A stretch of DNA of 63,996 nt, filler included, from Dimargaris cristalligena (lineage: Eukaryota), in NCBI GenBank assembly GCA_003614675.1. It is 3 parts of 3 records of this genome, joined end to end, with 100 filler letters (N's around TTAATTAATTAA, not from the genome) between each part and the next. Parts side by side here need not be neighbours in the genome. Positions count along the whole stretch, not along the records: positions 21,580 to 43,023 come from ML002663.1; 2 more parts are not named here. The stretch is one strand, 5' to 3'. The translations under genes and the position numbers were made by a program. The first letter of the stretch is position 1. The number at the start of each line of letters is the position of its first letter. The notes below the pieces were generated by a model. The model saw only the letters and a program-made list of their open reading frames with translations, had not been told where the DNA came from and did not search any database. Below are positions 24,747-37,200 of the stretch, piece after piece.

Positions 24747-26846
24747 CTACACCTTGTAGAGACTATTGACGAAGCCCTTGGCAATATCGCCAACGATGCT
24801 ACGGTCCGGCACGGTGGTGGCCAGTCCGTAAATGGCCGCCGAGCCCTCCTTATATTGATCGGGGTGCGCTTTTACCTGTTCGACAGCGGCCTTTAAGTCC
24901 GTAAGAAACTGGTCCGCCATGGGGGCGCTCATGAGGGTAAAGCAAAAGTGGACACAGGTGGGGAACTGCAATACGTTGAGACCCCAGCCGCGGGCGTTCA
25001 TTTCGTCGTTGACGCCGTAGAGATTGAGGTGGGCGTAGGCGCCGAAGGCGACCACCGACACCTGCGGGTCCCCCATGAGGTAGAGGTCGGAGGCGAAGTC
25101 CGTACGGATGCTTTCGGCCACATGGCGGGCGGCTTGGACAATGTACTTGGTGCTCCGCACGTAGCCGGCGGTGCCCATGTGCAGCATAGCGGCCCAACAG
25201 CCCGCCAGAAGAGCCCCGGGGCGGGACCCGGCGATGGTGGGGGAGGCGTAGATACCTCCGGTCCAGTCGGTCGACACAAAATACTGGGCCTGTCGCAGGG
25301 CGCGGGTCCGGTACATGACCACCGACGATCCCTTGGGGGCAAACCCGTACTTGTGGGTATCGCAGGAGATGGACGTGACCCCCGGTAGACGGAAGTCAAA
25401 GGGGGCTATCGGGTAGCCCGCCTGGTCCATGAAGGGGAGTAGGAAACCACCGAGGCAACAATCGACGTGGAGGCCAATCCGGTACTTCTCCGCCAAATGG
25501 GACAGCTCCGCAATGTCGTCGACGATCCCGTGCGGAAAATTAGGGGCCGATCCCACCAACTGGTATAATAGCGCCGTAAAGGACAGGGCGATTGGAAAGT
25601 CGACATGGGCAAGCGGGAAAATCAATTAGTGATACACCATAATGGAGCCGATGCCAAGACAAGGGTGTAAGCAAGGGTAGAAGCGTAGCGTTGGTTAATA
25701 GGGATCATTGGGTGGATGCAGGGGGGGGGGGCGATAAATAAAAACGACGTGTGATACTTCGAGAATTATCAGGAGGCGGAATTCGGTAAAAGGGTTAGCC
25801 ATTCCAGGTAAGGAACTTACCATAATTGTATTGCGGTTGATGGCTCGCTTCACCAAAGTAAGATTGACGCGTTTAGTATCAGCGTCAATCGGGATATGGA
25901 TGAGATTAATGCCAAAGTATTCCGCCGCCTTGTCGAAAGCGGCATGGGCAGTGACGGGGACGATCATTTCCGGTTCAGTGACTCCACGGTGCTCTTTGGC
26001 CCATACCAAATTGGCCCGCACCGCCATGACAATACTTTCCGTCCCCCCGGAGGTGGTGGTACCGGCGGCCTCAGGCGGGGCGTGGTACATTTCGAGGACC
26101 ATCGCCACAATCTCGGCTTCGATACGACGCAGACCGGGGAAAACCTCCGGGTGAAGGGGGTTGCTGACGGAAAACAGGGAGAAGGCCTGGGTAGTAATCC
26201 GGCGGATGTCTTCCCCGCCGTGGTAGACCGTACCCGACTGCTTGCCATTTTGCCATTTATTATCCATCTCGCTACGTCTACCGGGTGAAGAAGCAACATA
26301 TCAAATCGATTGGTCTGGTTAGTGGATGTGTCCTAGACCAAATGCTAGAGTGGTGGTTTATCGCCCCGTTTCTGAATTCCATTGACCGGCTGGGCCACTA
26401 ATCAGCACCGGTGGCCGAATGCCAATACGTTATATAAACGACCAAACCTACCTTTCTAGTTCAGCCAGGACATGGTCAGTCGACATGCTTTCGGCGGGTA
26501 AAGCCACGTAGCGGGGCTCATTTTTCATTTCGGGGGCGACTGTCTGTTCAATTTCGAGGATGGTCTTGTTGACTTGGCGGTCAATAGCCGCATGGGCCCC
26601 CGGGATGGTCCGCAGTCCCCGGACCATGACGCCCGCCGACCAATGGTAGAGACTGGCCAAAGTCCGACGCACGCCCTGAACGGCCAGGCGACGGGTCAGG
26701 CGAAGAATGTAGCGGGAAATGTAGTAGGCGCCCACGGCATTGACCAGGGCACGACGGGGGTTGGCCCAGACGTAGGAAGCGCAGCCACTCCAATTGACGT
26801 GCGACAAGAGGTAGCCACCGGCGGACGTAGAGGGGGCGTTGGCCAT
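24747..26846 (-). CDS. DPL1: Sphingosine-1-phosphate lyase (PLP-dependent group II decarboxylase family), 3 exons
   Basis: Exons 26846-26452, 26277-25821 and 25559-24747. Motifs SGTVYHGG, NPLHPEVFPG, TTSGGTESI, AHAAFDKA, LVGSAPNFPHG, HVDCCLGGF, the PLP-lysine motif SISCDTHKYGFAPKG and GSRPG. Confidence 0.96.
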
Positions 26847-29114
26847 TGCGGCGGGGAGGGAGGGGGGTTTAAACAGTAGTGGTAAAGGAGAATCGGAGCA
26901 GGGCTGAAAGGGTTAGCGGGTTGGAATAAACGAGTGGGGAGAGTCTCTGACTAACTTGTTCATGGAGCTGCTGAAGGGCCGGAGTCTTGTACTTATCCGC
27001 CTCCCACTCCTACCCACTGCGTTGGGCAGTCCAAGGGAATAGTGGTTGCCTCGCCTTAACCATACAATGGCCGCCAAGCAACGTGTGTATACGTAAGTAA
27101 AACGAAGAAAGGGGCTGCTGATCTTTCCTTCCCACAGGCCAGGGGCCTAGAATGGACTGTCGTCATACCTGAGGGTGCTCTGTTTTACACGTCGGGCTTC
27201 CAATTAATCACAGGCTCCCCTTTTCAACATTTAGCCACCCTCTTATTTCGCACCACAGCAGATGGAATAGGCACCATCCCTTTTTAGAAGCAGGGCGATT
27301 ATACCAATCTAACCCTGGAAAGAAGTGTTACCGTTGGCTATTGCAGGTAGCAGACGAAGCCTCGACTTGTTCTTCAGCCTGGATCACCAACCTATTGAAT
27401 AAAATCTAGTGACTGTGCTTAAGTCGGGCCCGGGTTAGGGATGGTTGTATGCCTATCCCACCTTTTAAAGGCTAGCCTGGCTGCTCAATCCTTATCTGAC
27501 ATCAGCATAGTTCACTTCAACCGAGCCAAACCGGACTGGCAATTAGTCGCCGGTAGGTGGGCAAATGCCGTATATTGCTTGATGGGGGTGCAGTCAAGGT
27601 CTTTATGCTATTGTCGGGGATTGTACATCTGTAATCATTGGCGCCAATTAGCCCAAAAATGAACATACCATGTAGTCATCTAGAGTCGCCCTTCGTATAT
27701 ATCAACTGTGAATTGCATTGGCTCAGTAATGGGAAAGTATTTATTTATAGGTCATTTCCCAGTTAGATTGGTGAGTAGTCCCTTAACAGCGTCCTATTTG
27801 GTGTATTTTACTGATAAAGCGAGTGACTACGTGGGCTACGCCGACCAGCCATCCCGCTTTTGACAGATGTAAGTCCCCGATACATCATAAGCGGTGCGCA
27901 CAACTAGCATTATATTGTTCCTAAATGTATCCCCCTTACCCCGGCCCTCGCCAGCCTATAGTATGCTACTATTCAACCTACCTCTGGCATCGCTACCATA
28001 CAGGCTTGTAAAGGCCTGTAGCCTCGATTGGCTAACGATGATTAATTTACGAGGCAACATATCGCCACTCTGCTCTGTGTATATGTGGGGAGGGGAGGGG
28101 GTCGGGAACTACTCATGGGGCTAGCTGCCATTCGTAGAGCATGGTAATGTGCATCTGTCAGTACACTTCCCGATACCTGATCCGCAAAATGTGCCGGAAT
28201 ACAAGGTGAATCATTCCTAAAATGATTACATGCCCATATCCCTATAACCGCGTCGATCAATCTAGTCGACCTTCACTCTATTCAAGTCACAAGAGAGAGC
28301 TGACCCTTTGGAATTACATAGGGCCAGTTAGTTGTCAACGAAAAATACCCTTCCACTATACGCAATAGTACCGCTTTTGAACCAGAAAAACCCCACACTA
28401 CAGATAATGTGATGTGGCTAATCTCGGGCTCTGATCAGTGATGATCAGGATTATACGATGCGTACCAATCTAGGCTCCTGGACTGTATTACCTTGGTTAG
28501 CATTAGTCCCATTTAAAATTCTCGATACAATTAATTGTATGTTTCGGCTAAATCTATCGCTTCATTTGTACTGTTTGAATCAAAAAGATAGTCTTGCGTT
28601 TACTAAATACTGGTGGTCGCATAGCATATCTGACCAGCTGGGATGTCATCCGCGAAATCATTGGCAAATCAATTGGCTATAGTGGGGCCCCGGTAGAATG
28701 ACTAAACAATCAACCGCAATGTAACAGACCTATCGGACTAGGGAAACCCCCAGGGGATATACAGCCCTTTCCTAACCGACTCCCTGCTCGAGGGGCCCCA
28801 GGCAACAATATCCGGCAATAAGTGAGTCGCGAATGGGGTATAAATAATCCACCCTCCACCTTCTTCAAAAAACTATCAGTGCCTCACCAACCATCAACCC
28901 ACCGCTCTACACTGGCCCTCATTAGCGAGTTCTATTCCATTATATCTATACTGGATTGTGCACTGGCTGCACCATCACTTACCCTTTTAAATACCTTACG
29001 ATCTGACCCGACTTCTTAACGACCGAGGCACTCTTCACCCCAATAATTACCTATTTTTTACCGGACCAATTGCTTTACTGCTTACCCCAATTTGAAACCG
29101 TACCCTCCTTAATC

Positions 29115-30146
29115 ATGATGATCCCATCCCACCGTCCTGTGTCGCTACTGAGCGTCGCGTTGCTTGTCCTGACCACGGGCTGGGTCCCCGCTCCTTTGAC
29201 AGTGACGGCTTCGCCAGTTGACCAGCTGGTGCAGGCGGATATCAATCCACGCCCAACCTCGCTTTCCCAACTGTGGGACATTGTCAAGTCGGGATTCGAG
29301 GGTCTATTGTCCCAGACCAATGCAACTGATCCTGGCACTGGCAGCTCCGTCGCCTCGTCGGCTCAATCAACGGCGTACAGTGCCACGCCATCCAACTGGA
29401 TGTCCGGGTACTCTTCCTACCAGGGAACCACCGCGACTGTCAAGCCAACCGTGTCCCAGGGCACTACCACCGCGGCCGCCACCTCTACCGCAAAGGTCAC
29501 CTACACCAAGGCGGTCACCCAATCTACCCCGCAAACCACGAACCGAGCAACTACTACGATTTCCCCTACCGCTACTGTTTTATTTCCCACCTCCACCCCC
29601 ACCGGGACCCCCGTCAACGTTGAACCCGTTGGTACCAGCCGAAGCGTCGATCTGACCTACTACTGGGCCATGGTGCAAACTGAGGCCGATGTGGGGAGTG
29701 TAACACTAGGTACCTGCGATGGCAAAAAACTGGTGTCGGTAACCGAAAGCTTCGCCAAGCAGGTCGCCATTGAAGGTACGGCCCAACTTCTCGACGGAAA
29801 ATTCATCAATTTCGGCAGCTGTTCTTGCAGCAACTACATGTGCTTCATCGAATCCTCGTACGCCCTGGGAACCAAAGACAATTCGTTGGTCCCCTTTTCC
29901 AGCATTGCTGTTAACGACGTCACATTCGGCCAAACGGTGTTCGTTCCTCAATTCAAGGGACTTATACTGCCCAATGGCAAGGTCCACAATGGCTGTCTCC
30001 GTTCCGACGATAAAGGATACGGATTCGGGAATAGCCACATCGATTGGTACGTCGTTGCTGAGCAGAACTATCAAACCATCAACGGGAAACTGAAGCTGAC
30101 CAAAGTGGACATGTATACCCAGGACTGTACCATCGGTAACTATTAA
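29115..30146 (+). CDS. Secreted Ser/Thr-rich protein with a C-terminal 3D (MltA/YuiC-like double-psi beta-barrel) domain
   Basis: Hydrophobic signal (VSLLSVALLVLTTGW..VTA-SP) and a Thr/Ser-rich linker, then LTYYW...EGT...LVPFSSIAVND..FGQTVFVPQFKG...GC.RSDDKG..GNSHIDWYV. This matches the 3D pattern IAVD..G..v.i....DtG....IDi. Intronless. TATA-like TATAAATA at about 28839. Confidence 0.8.
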   Translation: MMIPSHRPVSLLSVALLVLTTGWVPAPLTVTASPVDQLVQADINPRPTSLSQLWDIVKSGFEGLLSQTNATDPGTGSSVASSAQSTAYSATPSNWMSGYSSYQGTTATVKPTVSQGTTTAAATSTAKVTYTKAVTQSTPQTTNRATTTISPTATVLFPTSTPTGTPVNVEPVGTSRSVDLTYYWAMVQTEADVGSVTLGTCDGKKLVSVTESFAKQVAIEGTAQLLDGKFINFGSCSCSNYMCFIESSYALGTKDNSLVPFSSIAVNDVTFGQTVFVPQFKGLILPNGKVHNGCLRSDDKGYGFGNSHIDWYVVAEQNYQTINGKLKLTKVDMYTQDCTIGNY

Positions 30147-30160
30147 ACGTTAATCTTCGA

Positions 30161-30272
30161 CTGGACTCTTGGATATGGGAGAAGTTCATTCAGGCTGTAT
30201 AATGAAAAATCCGTTGGATGAGGCCAATACTACTGGTTAAAAGCTATCCTGACATATGTTCGCCCATACACG
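30161..30272 (+). repeat. Diverged third copy of the outermost ~110 bp of the inverted-repeat arms
   Basis: ATATGGGAGAAGTTCATTCAGGCTGTATAATGAAAAATCC...TACTGGTTAAAAGCTAT...CCCATACA is shared with 42910-43020 (+) and 21583-21693 (-). Confidence 0.9.
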
Positions 30273-31747
30273 TATTATGTAAAGCCTTATACAGCTGGTT
30301 TGAATTTCATCCATATCTTCCCTTGCCAATCAAATACGACACCCAACGAAAATTTGGATGATTAATCAATATATTGGACCAAGTGGCCATATTCTATTCA
30401 GTAAATTACATTTCTATTATTTTATTCTACTCGACCAGCTGGGCTCCTGTGGAGCTTAACGGCGGCCTATATAAACAATAAACCTCTTGGACTAGTCACG
30501 TATGGATAAATTCATCGATAATCTACACCCCTCTAGATGTAGGAATATGAACTAATGTTTACTAGAAGACGGCGCAACCCAATACAAGCTAAAGAGCAAC
30601 AATGGTGGCTATAGAGAGGAATTTTGTATACCATTTAATATACGTCGCAAAGTGTTCCGTATATTCAGGTACACATTTGCACTATTTCCTGTTAAAGGGC
30701 CCAGCGACAGTGCAGGGAAATATACAATTTAACCGGCCGGGCTATCTCGACATCTTGTAGTGTCTCCTGTGGTGGTTTTGTATTTTATTAATATTCCGGC
30801 GCAGATATCTTTTAGGATTTTTGGGCAATTAAGAAGACTGACTTACGGCAGTTAAGCTGGGCGGGTGAAAGGAAGGTAATAGTTTTGTTTGTGCTTGATT
30901 TTAAGTGACTGCAACCCAGTATTGCACCTAGGTTACATTACTTGCCCACCTGATAATGGTGTTAGCCAGACCGTAGGTAGTAGAATAACCCCAATACACC
31001 AATTTTCAATGCGCGTGGAAGTCGGTAGGGCAGTGCGAGTCGGATTAAAACAATCCTATGCATAGACTAAAGTAGCACAGGAAGAGTGGAGCCCTTAACC
31101 CGATAGTCAGGCTTTAGTTGACCACCCCATGCATTGGTCTAGTTCTGAAGGGTGCCTTCAGACTTGGCATATTCCTATGCCTATGGAAAAATGAATCAGT
31201 AATAACTGACCCAAATGAGTGACCCTCTCTCTCCGATATATATATATATTAAAGAGTGGTACTTTATAGAGTGGGTCCACCATGGTAGATGTCTATTTAC
31301 CCTTATACATGGAGTCTCAACACCCATATAGTAGTTACTAAAACGATTTAATGATAAATGGGCAGCTGAACAGAAGGCATTCCAATGGATTTAAGGCCAG
31401 GGCTCGGGATAAACATCATTTGGAGCTGTACTAATTAGTGGATTAGTGCGGGCTCGATGTAGCACTACTTCTGAAATATGTGTAATAAAATATAATTATA
31501 GTGTATTTTAAGTGAGTGGGGGGGAGGTGGTATACTGTATAGTAAGAACTAGCGTCGATGCAGCCCCCGACCCGCGCAGCTCCGCCCAAAGGGTGAATTC
31601 GAGTGTAATACGCCTGACTCACATGTCATCCAGCATAGATGAGGCTGGGTTTCCATTCCCCTTTAGCATTACGCACCTTTAACTATATTCACTTGTTTTA
31701 TTTAGTTGTTTCCTGTAGCCTCACCTACCTTTTCGCTGTACACTACC

Positions 31748-33055
31748 ATGGCGGAATCCGGCCAGCAAATGTTCTTAGATCCCGGTACGTGCATTCTCAA
31801 GTTACAATGGGTGTAGGCCATCTGACCCTCCTCCGTACCCCCATAGTTGTCCTGTAATTCCCCTAGCCTGACTCAACTCACCCCATTTACCTTAAACCTA
31901 CTCCCCTCCTCTGTCCGAATGGCCGCCCTTTAACCCGTGCATCGACTGAATCCCCCCGTTCTCTAGCCATTCGGGATTGGGTCCTCATACCCATTACCAT
32001 TGTCATGGTACTGGTCGGTGTTTTGCGGCACCAAATGACCGTGCTCATGAATGGCAAACCCAAACCCCCCACCCTCGCCGCCGTTAAAGAAAGGTAATTT
32101 TTTAGTTGGCGAGTCACCGGGGTGTCATCAGCCCGTGATATGAATTAGTCGGATCGGACTTTGTCTATTAAACCTGGCTATTGGTGGCCGTGGAATTGCA
32201 TGTCGGCCTATCTAGTGCAGTTAACTTTCCTCCACTAACCGCTCCATCGGAGTAAAACTCCCGTAAACCTGCATCTATACTTGTTTATTTAACCCCCGCC
32301 CATACTATAATGTTATTGTACTCCCGTTCCCTTTGATTAGCAAGGCCCTCATGCGTGGCAGTATGCTCGTCCGCCACCATGATTTTATTCCGTACTCTGC
32401 CTTTCTTATGCGCAAGGAATTTCTGTCCAAGGCCTTCGAAAGTGGCCGATTCCTCAAGAATCCCGGTGAGATGGAAGCCAATGGGGCGCCCAACCCGCTC
32501 TCGGACCCCGCAGGTATGGAGATGATGATGGATGGCATGAAGAAGAACATGATGTCCATTATCCCACAAACGGTGATTATGGGCTGGATCAATTTCTTCT
32601 TTTCCGGGTTCGTGCTTATCAAACTGCCCTTCCCCTTGACGGTGCGGTTTAAGAGCATGCTCCAGGCCGGTGTGTTGACGCCGGATATGGACGTGGCCTG
32701 GGTATCGTCACTGTCGTGGTACTTCCTTAACTTGTTCGGTCTGCGCGGGATCTTCTCGCTTATTTTGGGAGCGGAGAACACGGCCGATGGGATGCGGGAT
32801 ATGCAGGCCATGGGGACCATGGGGATGAGTGGCCAACCGGGCCAACCCCAGAATTTCCACAAGTTATTCTTGGCCGAAAAGGAGAATCTGGATATTGCCA
32901 ACCACCGCTGGGCCCTTGAAGGGATCGAGGAGCGCCTGCTCCTAAAATACGGCAAGCAGTCACCCCCAACGGTGACTCGTGCCGCGGTGCCAGCCAGTTC
33001 TGCTACCCCAAAGAAGACGACCAGTAAAACCGGACGCAAAAAGAAGAGTCATTAA
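31748..33055 (+). CDS. EMC3: ER membrane protein complex subunit 3 (Oxa1 superfamily), 3 exons
   Basis: Exons 31748-31784, 31967-32093 and 32341-33055. Motifs MFLDPAIRDWVLIPI, IIPQTVIMGWINFFFSGFVLIKLPFPLTVRFKSMLQAG, WVSSLSWYFLN and FLAEKENL. Confidence 0.96.
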
Positions 33056-34254
33056 ATCGGAGCGGCCCGCACGGAAACAACCACAAGGGCGATTTCATAG
33101 TATCGTACATCGGGGGTGTGCATCGAAAACCACAGAGGAAAAGAACCTCCTCCCCCATGATCGCCTACCCCACCTGACAGCTTCCACACTGCAGGGAATA
33201 GGGAATGACTATTCTTTAGGCCCATTATGGCCCTGCTCTTGCCCTTTGTTTAATTTTCGCCTAGTATGATGCCACCAGCGACGTATAAATTTGTATTTTC
33301 CGATGTACTACGACGGTCGCTATTCTGGGTACTATTTATATCGGTTTATTGTTTGTGTAGGTGTGTGTGTTTGAGAGAGACAGGGTGAGAGGAGAAGTAT
33401 GGGAATCCTCTATGCCAGCTCAGCCGTAAGCAGAAGGAGTGACGCATCCCTAATCGAGCCCTGCTGATGTGCATTGGCGCCTGTTGATAGCTTCTATTGG
33501 TCAATATTGATGCGGGTGTGCTGGCTGATTTTTTAAATAGTGACTACTCCTACGATTATATAGTATATATCATTGTCAATAAAGGTAAGGTATATTGGAG
33601 AAGGAATAGGAATAGGACAGAACGTTAGCAGGTAGAACTGCTCTACCTGCGGGGTAGGCTTATGGGGCAGCTATTCCCTTTACCATTTCATAGCAAGGGA
33701 GGGGGGGCACTCGCCATATATACCCCCTTTCAATGTGGACTGGCTCCCCTTTTATTTTTAGCCGATCTACCGCCGCTGTTTTTAGAGAGGGGTCTCTGTC
33801 TATGACTTTGTGCCAGGCCCCGATCCACCCTTATGGCTGGGGGAGGCTGTTTACTCAGGGGACGAAAAGAAGGGATATAGCCGCCGGTACTTGTCTCCCC
33901 CCTCCTGGACTGTCTACGACTTCGGTTTCGTTTGGCGTCTCTCTCCGCCTCCGATACAGCCTAAGCCTTATGGCTCCTCCTCCCCACTATACTACTTACT
34001 CTCTTTTGGCACCAAAATAAAACCAGGAAGCACATGCAAGAAAGGGTTCTTCAATAACAATCTCTCTTCAGACTCCCTCTTTTTTTCTTATCACTACTAT
34101 TCCCAGGGCCTCACCCGCCCCCCTCTATAAACCCATGTTGTCTTAGTAACCCACTCCAACCACGCCCGCGTCAGCAGCATCTACTTTTATTTTACCTGCC
34201 TATTATACCGCCCATTCTAGCCTTGGGCGCCCCCACCCTTCACTTAACCTGCTC

Positions 34255-37200
34255 ATGCTCAGCCCAGCCATGGCGTCAACACCCGTTCCAAAGCGCCAGC
34301 CGGACTCGGCCACCGAACCCGAACCCGAGCTTGTTACGTCTCGGCCACATTGGTGGCGGCAGGGACTCGCACTGGCGCTAGACCAGTTTGACCACTGGGC
34401 GACTGATAAGCCCCTCATAACGGTCCTACTGACCGCTCTGGCGGCTCTCGCCCTACTGACTTCTCGCATGTTTCTAGTGACCGTATTCTTGGCCGGCGGC
34501 CTGGTTCTGGGCTACATGTTGGCCCAGGACGGCTCTCCCAATTGGGGCCAGCTTGTGGAAGGATCCGGAGGTAAAACCGGCCCTCGCCTGACTAAACGCG
34601 CCGCCCATCTCCGCCGGTTGCTGGCCCGGGCCGACCATCAGGTCACCCAGCGCAGCGCCTCGGCCGCCGCCATGGGCCGGCTGGAGTCGGAGAGTATCCT
34701 GGCCCCCGCCACCGGCTTCCAGTCCCGGGGACGAGCATCCGCCGGCACCGCCGCCAATGCCCTCTCGCATTTCCCTCCCGAACTCCAGCGGGCCTGGGGT
34801 CGGTTGGCCGAACTCATTCTCCGTGACTTTGTCGACTTTTGGTACAAGCCCCTGGAGGGCTCCGGCAACGGTGAACTGCGCTCCCAAGTGCACCAATTGC
34901 TGACTACCCTGTTGCTCAATGTCCACGAACACATGCGCCAGGACCGGGTCAATTTGAGTGTCCTCATCTTCTACGCCATGTCCAATACCCTCATTGTCCA
35001 CCTGCGCGAGTACCGCCAGTTGGCCCTGTCCCAAAAGCCCGTGGCCCAGTACTTGGCGGATAACCCCACCTCGTCCTTCCACCAACTGGCCTCCCACGAC
35101 GCCCAGGTTAAATACCTCATGGACATCGCCAAGTTTCTGCTGACCCGGCTCCTGCCGGCCAAGGATCGGAACAGCCCCGCGGTATTCGCTTTCCTCACCG
35201 AGATACTGGCCACGAATATCCTGGAGCCGACCGTGGCCTCGGTTTGCGACCCCGACCGCATCAATCTCATGATTGTGGACTATTTCGGGGATGCCTCCCA
35301 CTCCCATGTCCACACACCACCCTCGTCTAACTCTACCGTCGGCTCAGTGGGTCCCTCCAACGAAACCGCCCCGAAGAACTCGGTCGCCAGTCGCCCAACC
35401 CTGGGTGCGGCGCTATGGCAGAAGCTAGGTTCGGCGTTCACCTTGGATAGTCGGACCTCTGCCAATGCCAACTCCACTTCGACTCTAGCGGTTTGCATTA
35501 ACCGATTCCAATTCACCGACCCGGTCGAGGCCTTCAGTGGCGAATACCAGGTACGGGTTTCGTGCACCGACCCCGCTGCATTTCCTCCGCAGTCCACTCC
35601 CCTCAGCCAACCGGACGCCACTCAACAAATGATCCAATGGAACGAGGCCTTAAGTATCTCCCTGCCGACTACGGCTTTGCATTCCAACCATGGCTTGGTT
35701 TGCACCCTTACAGGTCACCCGCTCTCCGCCCCGGCCCGGACCTTGGGCAGTGTTGAAATCCGACTGCCCGATATTGTCCACGACGACAGTGTTGACTCCC
35801 AGTGTTACATCTTCCAACTCCCCGACGGCAATATCACCGGGAAGCTGTTCCTGAGTGTCTACGTCGAACCTGATTACGACGAAAAGGCTTCCCTGTACGA
35901 TAGCGATTCCGACCTGCCCGCTGGCTACCAGCCCCTGGATTCCAATGAAATTTCCCCCATTGATGCCACCTTCCTCAGTTCGGACAATTACAAAACCCTA
36001 TCGCCCCTAAGTGCCACCGCCCCCTCTCAGGGCAGTTCGACGGGGACGGCGGTGCCCGGATCCATCTTCCGTAACGAAGTACCCGCCCCCGAAGATGTTA
36101 ACCTAGACCGACTATTCCCGCTGAGCCTCGCCCAGGTGCTAGACCAGAGCGACGGGTTCGTGGAATTCATGCAGTACCTGGAGGACCGCAAGGTGCCGCC
36201 CTACCTCCGCCTCGTGATGAATGTGGACAGCTACCAACGCTTTGCCCGAACCCTCAATGACCCCCACCTAATGCGCGATGATGCCTGGAGTATCTTCCAC
36301 CTGCACTTTGAGGCCCCCCCGGCGGAACCCTCCCCGGGCTCAACCCCCCGCACCAATCCGGGCACGGCTGACCACCCTCCCTACCGTATCCCGATTGACA
36401 CCCAATACGTGGTAAAGCTGATGGATACCATCCGCAACCACCCCAGTCCCGACTGTTTCCAGCCCATCCTGGAGGTGGTGCACGACGAATTGGTTCCGTA
36501 CTTTAACCAGTTTAAAGAGGAATCCCCGTTGTACCACGTTTGGTTGGATGAGAAATGGGGTAAGTTCGTCCGCAGTTGCCGGAAGAAGAGTCTAGACCCC
36601 CAGGAGACCGCCCGCTCTCGATTGGCGGACATGGGTCCCCCCGCCGACAAACCGATTCCGAAGTCGAGCGAGTCGGCTTCCACCACTATCGCTCCCGCTT
36701 CCGCCCCCGTCACCCCTGTCCCTATCGCTGATCACTCTCCCTCCCCCCTACCTGATACTCCAGACCCTCATTCACCAATGGTATCGGAACTGCCTCAGTC
36801 TTCCAGCCTGACTCCATCACCAACGGACGCCAATCCCCCCACAAAAACTCCATCGCCGAACGGACAGTCCCCTTCACCTACCTCTGGTTCCATTCCAGCT
36901 AGCCCCCTATCAATCCAAACATCACCAGATGTCATTTCCTCCAACGATAGCTACCCATCGCCCACCCTGGCCCCCCAAAGCGCCTCCACAGTTACCCGCC
37001 AGGAAGAACGGCTCGTCTTCCTGAAGTCAGCCATTGCCCAGGTGAAGGAACAGATCTCGATTATTGACGACCAGACCGAGGAACTGGCCCGATCCCAGTT
37101 ATCGGGCGCTAAACAACGTCAGCGCCAGCTAGCCAAGTCGCGCGCGGCCCTAGTCGGTGATCTCGATCAGCTATTGGTAATGGCGGAGGATACCCAGATC

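Noticed and set aside
27148..28400. Scattered minus-strand splice-like signals suggesting a small multi-exon gene
   Set aside because: I could not assemble a convincing recognisable protein; RNA-seq is needed.
34474..35313. Long antisense ORFs (also 32305-33039, 37233-37931, 48871-49545 and others)
   Set aside because: Shadow frames of GC-rich real genes with no recognisable motifs.
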